Origin: an uncultured Acidobacteriota bacterium
GTDB lineage: Bacteria; Acidobacteriota; Terriglobia; UBA7540
Direction: 5' to 3'
DNA length: 64,000 nt
Assembly (NCBI GenBank): GCA_963804995.1
Contig: CAWDSK010000005.1
Location: forward strand, 1,056,001 to 1,120,000
In this document: piece by piece, positions 62,024 through 64,000 of the stretch
How positions within the stretch are numbered: position 1 is the stretch's first letter
Layout of the letters: each line of letters opens with the position of its first letter
Notes under the pieces: model-generated
Told to the model about the DNA's origin: nothing
What the model saw: only the letters and a program-made list of their open reading frames with translations
The model's database searches: none
Made by a program: the position numbers and the translations under genes

Positions 62024-64000
62024 CTAGAAGAGCACTTTGAGGGAGAACTGAATCTGGCGGGAATTGCCGCGCGTACTGCTGATCAAGCCGAAGCCCGACC
62101 CGCGGAGGATGTTGGCGGGGGAACCGAAATTGACCAGGTTGAAGGCGTTAAAGAACTCCGCGCGGAACTGTAGCGTTACTGGGTCGCTCTGACGGCGCCG
62201 CCCCAGCGGAGTGTCTTTCAATAGCGCGAAATCGAAGTTGTGGTACGCAGGGCCTCGAAAGGTGCCGCGGCCCAGACTGCCAAACCTTCCCTGGTTGGGC
62301 CCGGTACCGCCGGGAACGTTGATCGGAATCGAAAAGAAGGATCCGTTGTTCGCATCGAGGCCGAAATAATCTTCCCTTACCTTCCGGCGCGTGGAAAACA
62401 CTGGGACGCCGACTTGGTCCGGCTCGTCCCCGCCTCCGGCGCCAAAGCCCGTCTGCTGAATTCCCGAAAACACGGAGAAGGGCGCACCGCTGGTTAGAGT
62501 GGTGACATTCAGCAGTTGCCAGCCCGTGGCCAAGAGCCGTCCGCCCCGCCGAAACGCGGCCAGGCGTTCGAGAGCCGGTACATAGATCACCGTCATGCCG
62601 AAGGTGTGGCGCAGGTCGAAAGTGGAGGGAGCTTTTTCCGAGCCGGGATTCCGCGGGTCCTGGGGCCAGCTTGAAAGGAGCGCGCCGGAACTGAGCGGAG
62701 AAAACCCCGCCAGCGCGCTGCTGGTGTCATCGAGAGATTTACTCAGCGTGTAGCTTACTTGAACTCCCAAGCCGGCTCGCGAAGAGGTTTTGGCCACGTT
62801 GGCCTGGAGGGCGTGGTAAGTGGAGTGTGAACCGCTCACCAGCAGGTATTCCGGGCCGTAGCCGCCCACCACCTGCCCGCCCGGGCCGAACTCGGTATAC
62901 GGCGCAAAACCGGGGCTGGCACCGCTGTAACCGTTCGGGAAGCTGTTCGCGGCGAGCCTTACGCCCACCGTGGCCACGTAAGCGGCACTCAATTTCACCT
63001 CGCCGAGGTCACGGTCTATCCCCGCCGTGTAGGTCGGTACGTAGCCATTGGCGAAGTTCTTGGCCATGATAACCGCCCCGATGGGTTGAACCTGGTGAGC
63101 CGGGGTGATTTGCGCCAAATCTTGTTGGAAACGGAGCACGTCCATTTCGCTGTTCGGCGGGGCATCGGTGGACCGTCCCGTGGGGTAGAGGGGCTGCCCG
63201 CTGGGCGCGTAAATCGGGGGCAGCGTCACGGTTTGGACCTGGTTCTGGGACAACACCGGGTACTGGGGCACCGCCGTGACCAGTAAGTCGAGCAGGTACG
63301 GTGTGCTATCCACGGTGGCGTCATCCTGCCACGAGAGGGGAAGGAGGGTGGTGATAGCGCCACCTGCATGGAGACTGGTCTTTTCCGTAACGCGCCACTC
63401 GGCGGACAGGCGGGGTCCCCAACCTCCCCAATCCATGTTGTAGGACGGCTGAACATTTACCAGCCACTTCTCCCCTGCTCCGGGCGCCCACACGGGGACG
63501 TCCTTCCCATTCGCGTCGACGAAAACGGCTGATGCGGTCAGGTGATGCACCTCCCGAAAGGGCGTATTGAGCTCGTAGCGCAGGCCGTAATTCAGGGCGA
63601 ATTTCGGCGTGACCTTCCAGGAATCCTCGAAGTAGAGGTTATACGCCTCGTTGTGAATATCGCTTTCTCCCTGATGGCTTCCCTGCGGAAACATGGCGGG
63701 GGCGGTGGTGATTTCGTAGCTGAAGGGTGTGCCGGTAAGCAGCCCCACCAGCGAATCGGGCAGCGGGTCGCCAGCGCGCAAGTTGTGTAACCCGCTCAGG
63801 GAGGGAATGTCCGTCGGCGAGTAGGCCGGACCTCCCCCAAACGTGTACCTGCCATTGGGATACATGCCAAAAATCGTAGTGCCGCGGTTAAGGCGCACTT
63901 CCACGCCGAAATTGAAGGTGTGGCTTCGGCGGAGGTAGCTCAGATTCTCCCGCCACTGGAAGACGTTGCCATAGGCCCCACTACTCTTGCCAGAGGCGGA
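62024..64000 (-). CDS. Oar-like TonB-dependent receptor (5' part outside window)
   Basis: EDSWKVTPKFALNYGLRYE, QFRAEFFNAFN.VNF, RQIQFSLKVLF. Confidence 0.9.
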   Translation of the reverse strand, partial: SASGKSSGAYGNVFQWRENLSYLRRSHTFNFGVEVRLNRGTTIFGMYPNGRYTFGGGPAYSPTDIPSLSGLHNLRAGDPLPDSLVGLLTGTPFSYEITTAPAMFPQGSHQGESDIHNEAYNLYFEDSWKVTPKFALNYGLRYELNTPFREVHHLTASAVFVDANGKDVPVWAPGAGEKWLVNVQPSYNMDWGGWGPRLSAEWRVTEKTSLHAGGAITTLLPLSWQDDATVDSTPYLLDLLVTAVPQYPVLSQNQVQTVTLPPIYAPSGQPLYPTGRSTDAPPNSEMDVLRFQQDLAQITPAHQVQPIGAVIMAKNFANGYVPTYTAGIDRDLGEVKLSAAYVATVGVRLAANSFPNGYSGASPGFAPYTEFGPGGQVVGGYGPEYLLVSGSHSTYHALQANVAKTSSRAGLGVQVSYTLSKSLDDTSSALAGFSPLSSGALLSSWPQDPRNPGSEKAPSTFDLRHTFGMTVIYVPALERLAAFRRGGRLLATGWQLLNVTTLTSGAPFSVFSGIQQTGFGAGGGDEPDQVGVPVFSTRRKVREDYFGLDANNGSFFSIPINVPGGTGPNQGRFGSLGRGTFRGPAYHNFDFALLKDTPLGRRRQSDPVTLQFRAEFFNAFNLVNFGSPANILRGSGFGLISSTRGNSRQIQFSLKVLF

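Overview
Bacterial window, probably from an Acidobacteria-like (Terriglobia-type) genome. This is inferred from the Oar-like TonB-dependent receptors, the Pro-rich Pal lipoprotein and the STAS-like ORF. Bases 1 to ~55.7 kb form a co-oriented stress/dormancy island. It holds a tandem array of DUF1269 glycine-zipper/coiled-coil genes, HdeD x2, an AI-2E transporter, a site-2 protease-CBS protein, LemA, an ABC/HlyD/OMF exporter, Dps, a Rieske-glutaredoxin-FTR-Rieske redox module, an ECF sigma, FtsH, rhomboid, MgtA, several USPs, Hsp20, a Ku-less three-gene LigD set and glycogen phosphorylase/isoamylase. The strongest signal is non-coding: seven copies of one promoter cassette, each with a TTCGCGAA-TTCGCGAA palindrome plus a third degenerate unit, an IHF-like site, and a sigma54 GG-N10-GC element 69-70 bp after the palindrome start. 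The island also encodes a candidate activator circuit: a 6-PAS/GAF histidine kinase, a FixJ-like regulator, a single-domain receiver and a REC-AAA+(GAFTGA)-HTH enhancer-binding protein. The kinase gene is split in frame by a group II intron whose RT has an Asp-to-Asn change at a catalytic position. An IS1634-type element interrupts the OMF gene, and an IS5 element separates a TonB receptor from its signal peptide. Many genes survive only as internally deleted remnants. All functional calls come from motif recognition by eye; no database searches were run.
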